A stretch of 64,000 nucleotides of DNA from Oscillospiraceae bacterium. Lineage in GTDB: Bacteria > Bacillota > Clostridia > Oscillospirales > Oscillospiraceae. Below, one piece after another: positions 8,431-16,810 of this stretch. A program made the translations under genes and the position numbers. Below the pieces are notes generated by a model. That model worked only from the letters and a program-made list of their open reading frames with translations, was not told the DNA's origin and made no database searches. The number at the start of each line of letters is the position of its first letter. The stretch's first letter is position 1. The DNA lies in assembly GCA_048217285.1 (NCBI GenBank), contig DBFWVW010000091.1:2834-66833 (forward strand). The letters run 5' to 3'.

Positions 8431-9794
8431 AAACAAAATTGAGTACAAAAACCGTTTTTTATTGTTCGGAATGCGGCAATGAGACGGCAAAATGGATGGG
8501 ACAGTGCCCGGCGTGCGGCGCATGGAATACGCTGGTTGAGGCGCCGAAGGAGCCCAAAATGGCACTCGGTACGCGCGGGAAACGTATCGCACAGCCAAAA
8601 CTGATCTCAGAGCTGGATACCGAGGAAGAACTGCGATTTTCCACCGGCATCGGTGAATTTGACCGCGTGCTCGGCGGCGGTGCCGTGCGCGGATCCCTGG
8701 TTCTGGTCGGCGGCGCGCCCGGCATTGGCAAATCCACGCTGCTGCTGCAGCTCTGCGGCCGCATCAGCGAGCAGGAAACGATCCTCTACGTCTCCGGCGA
8801 AGAGAGCCAGCGCCAGCTGAAAATGCGCGCGCAACGCCTCGGCGTCGATCACGGCAGCATTTATGTGCTGGCCGAAACAGATCTGAACACCGTTTTATCT
8901 ACGATCGATGACCTGCAGCCGACCGTCTTGATCGTTGATTCCATTCAAACCATGTACGATGCCGAGACGGCGTCGACGCCCGGCAGCATCAGCCAGGTGC
9001 GCGAGTGCACGATCCGCATCATGCGCTCGGCAAAAGACAGCGGCTATACGGCGTTCGTTGTTGGTCACATCAATAAAGAGGGCAGTATCGCAGGTCCCAA
9101 AGTGCTCGAACACATGGTCGACTGCGTGCTGTACTTTGAGGGTGACCAGAGTATGTCTTACCGCATCTTGCGGGCTGCAAAAAACAGATTCGGATCGACG
9201 AACGAGATTGGCGTCTTTGAAATGGAAGATTCTGGACTGAGAGAAGTGACAAATCCGTCGGAAATGTTGCTCTCCGGACGGCCGACCAACACGCCTGGTA
9301 CCTGTGTTGTCGGCGTCATGGAAGGCTCACGTACGGTACTGGCGGAAGTGCAAGCGCTGGTTACGCCATCGGGCTACAGCGGTGCGCGTCGGAACGCCAA
9401 CGGCGTTGACTATAACCGCGCAATGCTGCTGCTGGCTGTACTGGAAAAGCGCGCCGGTTTTTCGCTGTCGAGCTGCGATGCATATATCAACGTTGTCGGC
9501 GGTCTGCGGCTGGACGAGCCGGCCACGGATCTGGCAGTCATTCTGGCGATTGCGTCGAGCTACAAAGACCTGCCGGTCGGCAGCGATCTTGCCGCCGTCG
9601 GCGAAGTTGGCCTGTCCGGCGAGATTCGGTCTGTGAGTCATCTAAATCAGCGCTTGTCAGAGATCGCGCGGCTGGGATTTCAACGTTGTATCATCCCGGC
9701 GCACGTTCGTGACGATGTGCAAAAGCAAAACGGACTGCAGACGATCCCGGTCAAGAATATCCGGGAAGCGCTCAAGGCAGTGTTTGGCGCGTGA
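8427..9794 (+). CDS. radA: DNA repair protein RadA/Sms
   Basis: Zinc ribbon CSECGNETAKWMGQCPACG, Walker A GGAPGIGKST, the RadA motif KNRFGSTNE and a Lon-protease-like C-terminus. The ATG overlaps the cwlD stop (ATGA). Confidence 0.95.
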   Translation: MKTKLSTKTVFYCSECGNETAKWMGQCPACGAWNTLVEAPKEPKMALGTRGKRIAQPKLISELDTEEELRFSTGIGEFDRVLGGGAVRGSLVLVGGAPGIGKSTLLLQLCGRISEQETILYVSGEESQRQLKMRAQRLGVDHGSIYVLAETDLNTVLSTIDDLQPTVLIVDSIQTMYDAETASTPGSISQVRECTIRIMRSAKDSGYTAFVVGHINKEGSIAGPKVLEHMVDCVLYFEGDQSMSYRILRAAKNRFGSTNEIGVFEMEDSGLREVTNPSEMLLSGRPTNTPGTCVVGVMEGSRTVLAEVQALVTPSGYSGARRNANGVDYNRAMLLLAVLEKRAGFSLSSCDAYINVVGGLRLDEPATDLAVILAIASSYKDLPVGSDLAAVGEVGLSGEIRSVSHLNQRLSEIARLGFQRCIIPAHVRDDVQKQNGLQTIPVKNIREALKAVFGA

Positions 9795-9843
9795 ATTTTT
9801 CGATTTCTGTTTATGAGATTGAGAAATTCAGAAATTAGCGATG

Positions 9844-9884
9844 AAAACAGCCGGAAGGCTCAATTGTGGCTTTTCGGCTGTTTT
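9844..9884 (+). terminator. Rho-independent terminator after radA
   Basis: AAAACAGCCGGAAGGC ...loop... GCTTTTCGGCTGTTTT. Confidence 0.7.
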
Positions 9885-9895
9885 CCCCTCCTCTA

Positions 9896-9925
9896 AATTC
9901 GGCAAAATTTTTATTTTGCCGAATT
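9896..9925. repeat. Perfect 12-bp inverted repeat (second hairpin or operator)
   Basis: AATTCGGCAAAA tttta(t) TTTTGCCGAATT, lying between the radA terminator and the recombinase promoter. Confidence 0.6.
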
Positions 9926-9943
9926 ATTTGTGGATTTTGTCAA

Positions 9944-9972
9944 TAGACACTGCCCTGTACTTCTGGTATGCT
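9944..9972 (+). promoter_or_regulatory. Sigma-A-type promoter (extended -10) for the recombinase gene
   Basis: TAGACA (9944-9949), 17-nt spacer, TGgTATGCT (-10 at 9967-9972). The first ATG of the ORF (9968) lies inside the -10 element, so the real start is 9998. Confidence 0.45.
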
Positions 9973-9997
9973 CATATCAGAAATTGAGGTGTTGGTT

Positions 9998-11020
9998 ATG
10001 GACTATACGGATGCGCCGCAGGTGCTGCGCGATTTTTTGATTTATCATGAAACGATCTGCGGACATTCCAAGGCTACAGTCGATCAGTATTATCTCGACC
10101 TGCGGATGTTCCTGCGGTTTTTAAAGCTCGATCGTGGGCTCGCACCGCGCACGGCGGAATTCAATGAAATCTCGATCGGAGATGTTGATATTTCCTTTCT
10201 GCGCACAGTGACGCTCACGGAGGTTTACAGGTTTCTGGCCTATCTGTCGCGTGACCGTGTCAAGCAGCCAAATGCACATGAGCCGGAATACGGCCTGAGC
10301 GCCAACTCCCGTGCGCGCAAAATCGCGGCGATACGCAGCTTCTTCAAATACCTGACTGTAAAAGCGAAGCTGCTGGAGGAAAACCCGGTACAGGATCTTG
10401 ACTCCCCAAAGATCCCAAAGACGCTCCCCCACTATCTCACACTGGATGAGAGCAAGCGGCTGCTGTCTGCCGTGGATGGGAAAAACAAGGAACGTGATTA
10501 TTGCGTCCTGTGTATTTTTCTCAACTGCGGTCTGCGCATCTCTGAGCTGGTCGGTTTGAACCTCCAGGATGACCACGGAGACAGTCTGCGTATCCTTGGC
10601 AAGGGCAACAAAGAGCGTGTCGTTTACCTCAATGATGCCTGCCGCGAAGCGCTCGACCGCTATCTGGCTGTACGCAGTGAAATTGCGCCGCCGCGCACAA
10701 CAGCCATGTTTCTCTCCAATCGGCGCACGCGCATCAGCTGCGATTCTGTACAGGTCATGGTTAAGAAGAATCTGACTCGTGCGGGGTTGGATGCCAGCCA
10801 ATATTCCACACATAAACTGCGGCATACGGCGGCGACCCTCATGCTGCAAAACGGTGTGGATGTGCGCACGCTGCAGGAAGTGCTCGGCCATGAGCACCTG
10901 AACACAACGCAGATTTACACACACGTGGATAATGACCAGCTGCGCACGGCAGCGGCGGCCAATCCGCTGGGGGAATTCTCACCTGATGCGACAATTGCAA
11001 AGAAAATCTCCGATTCCTGA
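9998..11020 (+). CDS. Tyrosine site-specific recombinase, XerC/XerD family
   Basis: N-terminal SAM-like core-binding domain. Catalytic residues are in GLRISEL, HKLRHTAATLM and LGHEHLNTTQIYTH (R..H-x-x-R..H..Y). GAGGTG RBS 7 nt upstream. Confidence 0.85.
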   Translation: MDYTDAPQVLRDFLIYHETICGHSKATVDQYYLDLRMFLRFLKLDRGLAPRTAEFNEISIGDVDISFLRTVTLTEVYRFLAYLSRDRVKQPNAHEPEYGLSANSRARKIAAIRSFFKYLTVKAKLLEENPVQDLDSPKIPKTLPHYLTLDESKRLLSAVDGKNKERDYCVLCIFLNCGLRISELVGLNLQDDHGDSLRILGKGNKERVVYLNDACREALDRYLAVRSEIAPPRTTAMFLSNRRTRISCDSVQVMVKKNLTRAGLDASQYSTHKLRHTAATLMLQNGVDVRTLQEVLGHEHLNTTQIYTHVDNDQLRTAAAANPLGEFSPDATIAKKISDS

Positions 11021-11040
11021 AAACAGGAATCGGAGATTTT
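11003..11040. terminator. Bidirectional terminator between convergent genes
   Basis: Perfect 17-nt arms AAAATCTCCGATTCCTG aaaa CAGGAATCGGAGATTTT, overlapping the recombinase stop codon. Confidence 0.8.
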
Positions 11041-11045
11041 GGCTC

Positions 11046-12716
11046 TTACTTGGATTTCACTTTCGGCAAGTAATCGCGGACACGATGATGCGGCTTATCG
11101 AAGCCGAAAGCGCGAATTGCCATCAGCAGTGTGCCGAGCACGGCGGCACCGTCCAGAACAGCGGCAAACCACAGTGTGCAATAACCGAGCTCTGCCATCA
11201 CCAGCAGCAGGACTTTCACAACAACACCAATTGCCAGATGCTCGCGGCAGATGCCCTCGACCCAGCCGGCCGTCTCGATCGCCTCCGGCAGCAGGTACGG
11301 ATCTTGGTTTGTGAGCAGAATGTCAGCGTCGAACCGCTCGTTGCTTTCCTCCGGGATCACGCAGGCGTCAAGATCAGCGGACGAGTGTTCCGGATGCGCC
11401 GTGCAGCGGCGGTCATAATACAGCAGCAGTTCCCCGTCACTCAGGTTATTCACCTGTTGCGACAGGATCTGCTCCTTTTCTGCTCCGCTGCACTTGCAGT
11501 AGAGATGGTCTGCTTTGAGTTCCTTCGCGTTCTCGGATACGGAGTCGTTGCTGGCGTTGCTGAAGAGCGTGATCGTATGCACACCCAGTGCGCGCAGCTC
11601 TTTGAGTGCGGGCTTCGTGTCCGACTGCACAACTTCCTGCAGCAGGATCTTGCCTGCATACTGCTCGCCGACGGATACGTAGACCACATAGCCGTCCGTT
11701 AGGTCCGCATCCGGAATGTCCACACCCTTGAGGATCATCAGCTCGCGTGTACCGACGCAAACGCGGGTCGATTCGATATAAACTTCCACACCGCTCTCCG
11801 GAATATCCACGGCGCGAGAGAGATATTGCGTGAGGATTGGGCCGCTGTACGCAGCGCAAATTGCGCGAGCCGTGCGGCTGCTCGAGCAGGACTCCGCATT
11901 CGCCGCCAATTGCAGCAACGCTTCCGGCGTCAGCTGACTGGATTTTACACTCATCACTTTCGGGAGTTGGATGTCTCCCTCCCCTTCATCGACCGCAACT
12001 GCACGCACGGCGTTGAGCGCACGCATACTGCGGCAGCTGCGAAACAGCAAGTCGCAGCGGTAAGCGCCGTTGACGGCACTATACCACACCAGAGGCACGG
12101 AAATAAGCAGCGCGCACGGCGTGGAAAGGAAGAGCACGATCATGGCGGCGTGAATTGCCCGGGAAACCGTCGCAATTTTGAGAACGATCTCCAACACGGC
12201 AACCAGCACCGCAATGCACAAACCGGCCGGTGCAAGATACCCGACCCATTTCGGGGCGGAAAATTCAGCCGGAGAATGGATCTCACCGCCGACGGCGGCC
12301 TCCAGCGTTTTCTTCGCATGAACGGTAACGACTGCGATCAGGATCGACACGACCCGGTACACGAGCAGGAAAACAGCGGCGTCAACTGGCTGCCCAACCG
12401 CAATGGTGCCGATCACACACACGATCACGATCACTGCGGGTCGGAACACCTGCCGGTTCAAAATGCAGACGATTGCAGCCGCAAGATAGTCATATCCCGC
12501 AGCAAGTGCGGACAGGACCAAAAACACGTAACGCAACACTGTGCTGTGCACAAGTGCGCCGACAATGCACAGGATCAACGCCGCCGCTAAGCGCGCGATC
12601 AGCGTAAGATCAAGCCCTGTTTCCGGAAACAGGCGCAGCGTTTTCCAATCATAATCCGGCCGGTCAGCAGCAAAACAGCTTGCCGACAGCCGCGTCAGAA
12701 GTTCCTGAAAATTCAT
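11046..12716 (-). CDS. P-type ATPase-like membrane protein with degenerate catalytic motifs (putative pseudoenzyme)
   Basis: 556 aa with multiple TM helices. The STPCALLISVPLV segment aligns with the metal-binding TM helix of P1B ATPases. DKTGT is replaced by DEGEG, TGD by FSNAS and GDGxND by YYDRRC. No TGE actuator domain is present. See findings. Confidence 0.7.
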   Translation of the reverse strand: MNFQELLTRLSASCFAADRPDYDWKTLRLFPETGLDLTLIARLAAALILCIVGALVHSTVLRYVFLVLSALAAGYDYLAAAIVCILNRQVFRPAVIVIVCVIGTIAVGQPVDAAVFLLVYRVVSILIAVVTVHAKKTLEAAVGGEIHSPAEFSAPKWVGYLAPAGLCIAVLVAVLEIVLKIATVSRAIHAAMIVLFLSTPCALLISVPLVWYSAVNGAYRCDLLFRSCRSMRALNAVRAVAVDEGEGDIQLPKVMSVKSSQLTPEALLQLAANAESCSSSRTARAICAAYSGPILTQYLSRAVDIPESGVEVYIESTRVCVGTRELMILKGVDIPDADLTDGYVVYVSVGEQYAGKILLQEVVQSDTKPALKELRALGVHTITLFSNASNDSVSENAKELKADHLYCKCSGAEKEQILSQQVNNLSDGELLLYYDRRCTAHPEHSSADLDACVIPEESNERFDADILLTNQDPYLLPEAIETAGWVEGICREHLAIGVVVKVLLLVMAELGYCTLWFAAVLDGAAVLGTLLMAIRAFGFDKPHHRVRDYLPKVKSK

Positions 12717-12759
12717 GGGTGTCCCCCCTGTTCAGACTGAGCAGTATGCAGACAGCAGC

Positions 12760-13701
12760 TCAGGCTTTTCCGTCGCAGCCGAGCACATCGACGATCTTGT
12801 GCTTGACGAGCTGCTTGATGTTTTCGCGTGCAGGGCCGAGATACTTTCTCGGGTCAAACTCTGCCGGGTGCTCAGCAAGGTACTTACGCACTGTGCCGGT
12901 CATGGCCAGACGCAGGTCAGAATCAATATTGATCTTGCACACGGCCAGACGCGCCGCCTGACGCAGCTGATCCTCCGGCACGCCGATCGCGCCCGGCATA
13001 TCACCGCCGAACTCGTTGATCATCTGTACGTATTCCTGCGGCACGGACGATGAGCCGTGCAACACGATCGGGAAGCCGGGCAGGCGCTCGGAAACTTCCT
13101 CGAGAATGTCAAACCGGAGCTGCGGCTTTGTTCCGGGCTTGAACTTATAGGCACCGTGGCTTGTTCCGATGGCAATCGCGAGCGAATCACAGCCGGTGCG
13201 CTCGACAAATTCCTGCACATCTTCCGGGCGCGTATAGGACGAATCTTCGGTTTTGACCTTGACATCGTCTTCGATGCCGGCCAGCGTGCCGAGCTCTGCC
13301 TCCACAACAGCACCATGCGCGTGCGCGTATTCCACGACCTGACGCGTTAGTGCGACATTTTCCTCAAACGGCTTGGAGGAAGCATCAATCATAACGGAAG
13401 AAAAACCGTCATCGACGCAGGCCTTGCACAGCTCGAACGAGTCTCCGTGATCCAGATGGAGACAGATCGGCAGGCCGGTTTCGATAACGGCAGCTTCCAC
13501 CAGCTTGACCAGGTACGTGCGGTTGGCATACTTGCGCGCACCGGAAGATACCTGCAGGATCACTGGCGCATTGCACTCCTTGGCGGCCTCCGTGATACCC
13601 TGAATGATCTCCATATTGTTCACGTTGAAGGCGCCGATGGCATAGCCGCCTGCATACGCTTTTGCAAACATTTCCTGAGAAGTTACAATCGACATTGACA
13701 A
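12760..13701 (-). CDS. fba: Class II fructose-1,6-bisphosphate aldolase
   Basis: 313 aa. GAFNVNNME, ICLHLDHG, IAIGTSHGAYKF, LHGSSSVP. Confidence 0.94.
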   Translation of the reverse strand: MSMSIVTSQEMFAKAYAGGYAIGAFNVNNMEIIQGITEAAKECNAPVILQVSSGARKYANRTYLVKLVEAAVIETGLPICLHLDHGDSFELCKACVDDGFSSVMIDASSKPFEENVALTRQVVEYAHAHGAVVEAELGTLAGIEDDVKVKTEDSSYTRPEDVQEFVERTGCDSLAIAIGTSHGAYKFKPGTKPQLRFDILEEVSERLPGFPIVLHGSSSVPQEYVQMINEFGGDMPGAIGVPEDQLRQAARLAVCKINIDSDLRLAMTGTVRKYLAEHPAEFDPRKYLGPARENIKQLVKHKIVDVLGCDGKA

Positions 13702-13854
13702 GTCAACTCACTTTCATATAATATAAGAGCGTCAATATGATGAATATTGAATATCGGATTCAATTTATTTTACACATCTTTTTTGATAATATCAATAGTG
13801 GAATTCAATGTTTCAGTAAAATCTATCAATTCTTAGAATTTATGGAGGTAAGCT

Positions 13855-15096
13855 ATGTCCGGTGAATTGAAAGGTGCGTGTATCTTTGGGCAGTCCGGCG
13901 GGCCGACTGCAGTTATCAATGCCAGCGCCTATGGCGTGCTCAAGACTGCGTTGGAGTCCGATGCCATTATCAATGTTTATGGTGCGGCTCACGGCATCCG
14001 CGGTGTTCTGGATGACCGCCTGTATGATATCAGTCAGGAGGATCCGGATGAGCTCCGCCTGCTTTTGCACACGCCGTCGTCGGAGCTGGGCTCCTGCCGC
14101 TACAAAATGGCAGATCCGGACGCGGACGATACGGATTTTCGGCGCATTCTGGAGATTTTTCGGAAATATAACGTGCGCTATTTCTTCTATAACGGCGGCA
14201 ACGACTCCATGGACACCTGCAGCAAGATCAGCCGCTATATGCAGGCGCACGATTGGAACTGCCGCGTGATGGGTGTGCCCAAGACCATCGACAACGACCT
14301 CTTCGGCACCGATCACTGTCCGGGCTTTGCGAGTGCAGCCAAGTACATAGCGATCTCCTGCATGGAAGTCTCCAAAGACTGCCGCGTGTATGACACCGGC
14401 ACGATCACGGTTGTGGAGATCATGGGCCGCCATGCTGGATGGCTTGCCGGCAGCGCCGCGCTGGCGTCGGCCTGCGGCTCCGGGCCGGATCTGATCTACC
14501 TGCCGGAAGTGGATTTTGACATGGAGCAGTTCCTCTCGGATGTGCACCGCATCTATCAGGAGAAAAATAACGTTCTCATCGCCGTCTCCGAGGGCATCCA
14601 CTATGCAGATGGCTCGTTTGTTTCCGAGGCCAAGGTCTCGGCGACCGACGGCTTTGGTCATGCGCAGCTCGGCGGTCTGGCGGCGCGTCTGGCGCAGGTG
14701 ATTAAGGAACATGAGCACGCAAAGGTTCGCGGCATTGAGCTTTCCCTGCTGCAGCGCGCGGGTGCGCATCTGGCCTCCCAGACTGACATTGATGAGGCAT
14801 TTTCAGCCGGTAAGATGGCGGTCGAAGCCGCACTTTCCGGTGAGACCGGCAAGATGGTCGCATTTGAGCGCGTGATGGTGGATGGTCAATATACCTGCCG
14901 AATGAAGCTCATTCCGCTGGCTGATGTTGCGAACTATGAGAAGAAGGTTCCGCTGGAATGGATCACGCCCGAGGGCAACAATGTTACGCAGGACTTTATT
15001 GACTATGCCTTGCCGCTCATTCAGGGCGTGCCGGAAATCCCGCTGGAGAACGGACTCCCCCGCTATGCGCGGCTGAAAAAGGTGCTTGCAGAATAA
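13855..15096 (+). CDS. pfp: 6-phosphofructokinase, pyrophosphate-dependent type (diphosphate--fructose-6-phosphate 1-phosphotransferase)
   Basis: 413 aa. GQSGGPTAVINAS, GGNDSMD and GVPKTIDND. Asp in the GGxDS motif and Lys in PKTIDND are the signature associated with PPi rather than ATP as donor. Confidence 0.8.
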   Translation: MSGELKGACIFGQSGGPTAVINASAYGVLKTALESDAIINVYGAAHGIRGVLDDRLYDISQEDPDELRLLLHTPSSELGSCRYKMADPDADDTDFRRILEIFRKYNVRYFFYNGGNDSMDTCSKISRYMQAHDWNCRVMGVPKTIDNDLFGTDHCPGFASAAKYIAISCMEVSKDCRVYDTGTITVVEIMGRHAGWLAGSAALASACGSGPDLIYLPEVDFDMEQFLSDVHRIYQEKNNVLIAVSEGIHYADGSFVSEAKVSATDGFGHAQLGGLAARLAQVIKEHEHAKVRGIELSLLQRAGAHLASQTDIDEAFSAGKMAVEAALSGETGKMVAFERVMVDGQYTCRMKLIPLADVANYEKKVPLEWITPEGNNVTQDFIDYALPLIQGVPEIPLENGLPRYARLKKVLAE

Positions 15097-15105
15097 GCGA
15101 AAATT

Positions 15106-15140
15106 CAGAGTCGGCGGAAAATCGCCGGCTCTGTTTATTT
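15106..15140 (+). terminator. Rho-independent terminator after pfp
   Basis: CAGAGTCGGCG gaaaat CGCCGGCTCTG followed by TTTATTT. Confidence 0.7.
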
Positions 15141-15208
15141 GTGCTGTTCAAGCGCCGAAAAATATGATAAACTAATACATTATCTATTGTAACGAAGGAG
15201 TTTCCAAA

Positions 15209-16807
15209 ATGATCACTGTTGATGACCTCTCGCTGCAGTACAGCGGTGCCCCGCTGTTTTCCAAGGTGAATCTGCAGTTCACTCCCGGCAACTGCTATGG
15301 CATCATCGGTGCCAATGGCGCCGGCAAATCCACATTTCTGAAGATTCTTTCCGGCCAGCTCGAGCCGAGCTCCGGCAGTGTCTATATTGACCCCAAGGCC
15401 AGAATGTCTGTCCTCAAGCAGGATCAAACGATGTATGACACCTATACCGTCATGGATACGGTCATCATGGGCAACCAGCGCCTGTACGACTGCGGTAAGG
15501 AGAAGGAGGCCATCTATGCCAAGGACGAGATGACCGATGAGGACGGTATCCGTGCCTCCGAGCTCGAGGAAGAGTTTGCCGATCTCGGCGGCTGGGAGGC
15601 GGAGTCGGACGCTTCGCGCATCCTGCAGGGTCTCGGCGTTGCACCGGAATATCACGAGACAATGATGTCCGACATGGATCCGCGCCTGAAAGTGAAAGTG
15701 CTGCTGGCGCAGGCGCTCTTTGGTCACCCGGATATCATCCTGCTTGACGAGCCGACGAACAACCTCGATCTTGCAAGCGTCGTCTGGCTGGAGGATTTTC
15801 TGATGGATTATGACGGCACTGTGCTCGTTGTGTCGCACGACCGATACTTCCTCAATAATGTTTGCACGCACATTGTTGATATCGACTACGGCAAGATCAA
15901 AATGTATGTCGGCAACTACGACTTCTGGTATGAATCCAGCCAGCTCATGCAAAAGCTCGTCAAGGATCAGAACAAGCGCGCCGAGCAGAAAATTCAGGAG
16001 CTGCAGACCTTTATCGCCCGCTTTTCAGCCAACAAGTCCAAGTCCCGGCAGGCCACATCCCGGCGTAAGCTGCTTGAAAAGATCTCTGTTGAGGATATGC
16101 CCGCTTCCAGCCGCCGCTATCCGTGGGTCGGCTTCAAGGCTGAGCGCGAGCCGGGCAAGGATCGCCTGTTCGTGACGGACATCAGCAAAACTGTTGACGG
16201 TGAAAAGCTGCTCAACCACGTGAGTTTTATCGTCGGCAAGGAAGACAAGATCGCCATTCTCGGAAAGAATGAGCTCGCCGTGACGATGCTCTTCAAGATT
16301 CTCATGGGCGACGAGGAGCCGGATGAGGGCACGGTCAAATGGGGCGTCTCGACCACACAGGCCTACTTCCCCAAGGATCACAACAGCTACTTTGAAAACT
16401 GCGACTATGATCTCATTGATTGGATGCGCCAGTTCTCTGCCGACAAGCGTGAGAGCTACCTGCGCACGTTCCTCGGCCGGATGCTGTTTTCCGGCGATGA
16501 TGTCTATAAGCAGGTCAAGGTCCTGTCCGGCGGCGAAAAAGTGCGCTGCATGATCTCGAAGATGATGCTCTCGGGGGCGAACTTCCTCGTGTTCGACCAG
16601 CCGACGAACCATCTTGATCTGGAGAGTATCGCGGCGCTCAATAACGGTATGGCCGCTTTCCCCTACAACATCATCTTCACGAGTCACGACCACCAGCTTA
16701 CGCAGACGGTCGCCAACCGCATCATTGAGATCACACCTGATGGCATCATCGACCGCCGCTGCACGTACGACGAGTATATGCACATCTCAGGTCAGGAAGC
16801 GGAATGA
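15209..16807 (+). CDS. ABC-F family ATPase (two ABC cassettes, no TM domain)
   Basis: 532 aa. Walker A GANGAGKST, LLLDEPTNNLD, a second cassette with LSGGEKVRC and VFDQPTNHLD, and a charged inter-domain linker. Confidence 0.9.
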   Translation: MITVDDLSLQYSGAPLFSKVNLQFTPGNCYGIIGANGAGKSTFLKILSGQLEPSSGSVYIDPKARMSVLKQDQTMYDTYTVMDTVIMGNQRLYDCGKEKEAIYAKDEMTDEDGIRASELEEEFADLGGWEAESDASRILQGLGVAPEYHETMMSDMDPRLKVKVLLAQALFGHPDIILLDEPTNNLDLASVVWLEDFLMDYDGTVLVVSHDRYFLNNVCTHIVDIDYGKIKMYVGNYDFWYESSQLMQKLVKDQNKRAEQKIQELQTFIARFSANKSKSRQATSRRKLLEKISVEDMPASSRRYPWVGFKAEREPGKDRLFVTDISKTVDGEKLLNHVSFIVGKEDKIAILGKNELAVTMLFKILMGDEEPDEGTVKWGVSTTQAYFPKDHNSYFENCDYDLIDWMRQFSADKRESYLRTFLGRMLFSGDDVYKQVKVLSGGEKVRCMISKMMLSGANFLVFDQPTNHLDLESIAALNNGMAAFPYNIIFTSHDHQLTQTVANRIIEITPDGIIDRRCTYDEYMHISGQEAE

Positions 16808-16810
16808 GCC

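Noticed and set aside
9998-11020. Tyrosine recombinase as the integrase of a mobile element, with the neighbouring ATPase-like gene as cargo.
   Set aside because: Base composition matches the surroundings. No tRNA, att-like direct repeats, excisionase or other mobile-element genes are present. The protein has the XerC/D-type domain layout, and the flanking genes (radA, fba) are core genes.
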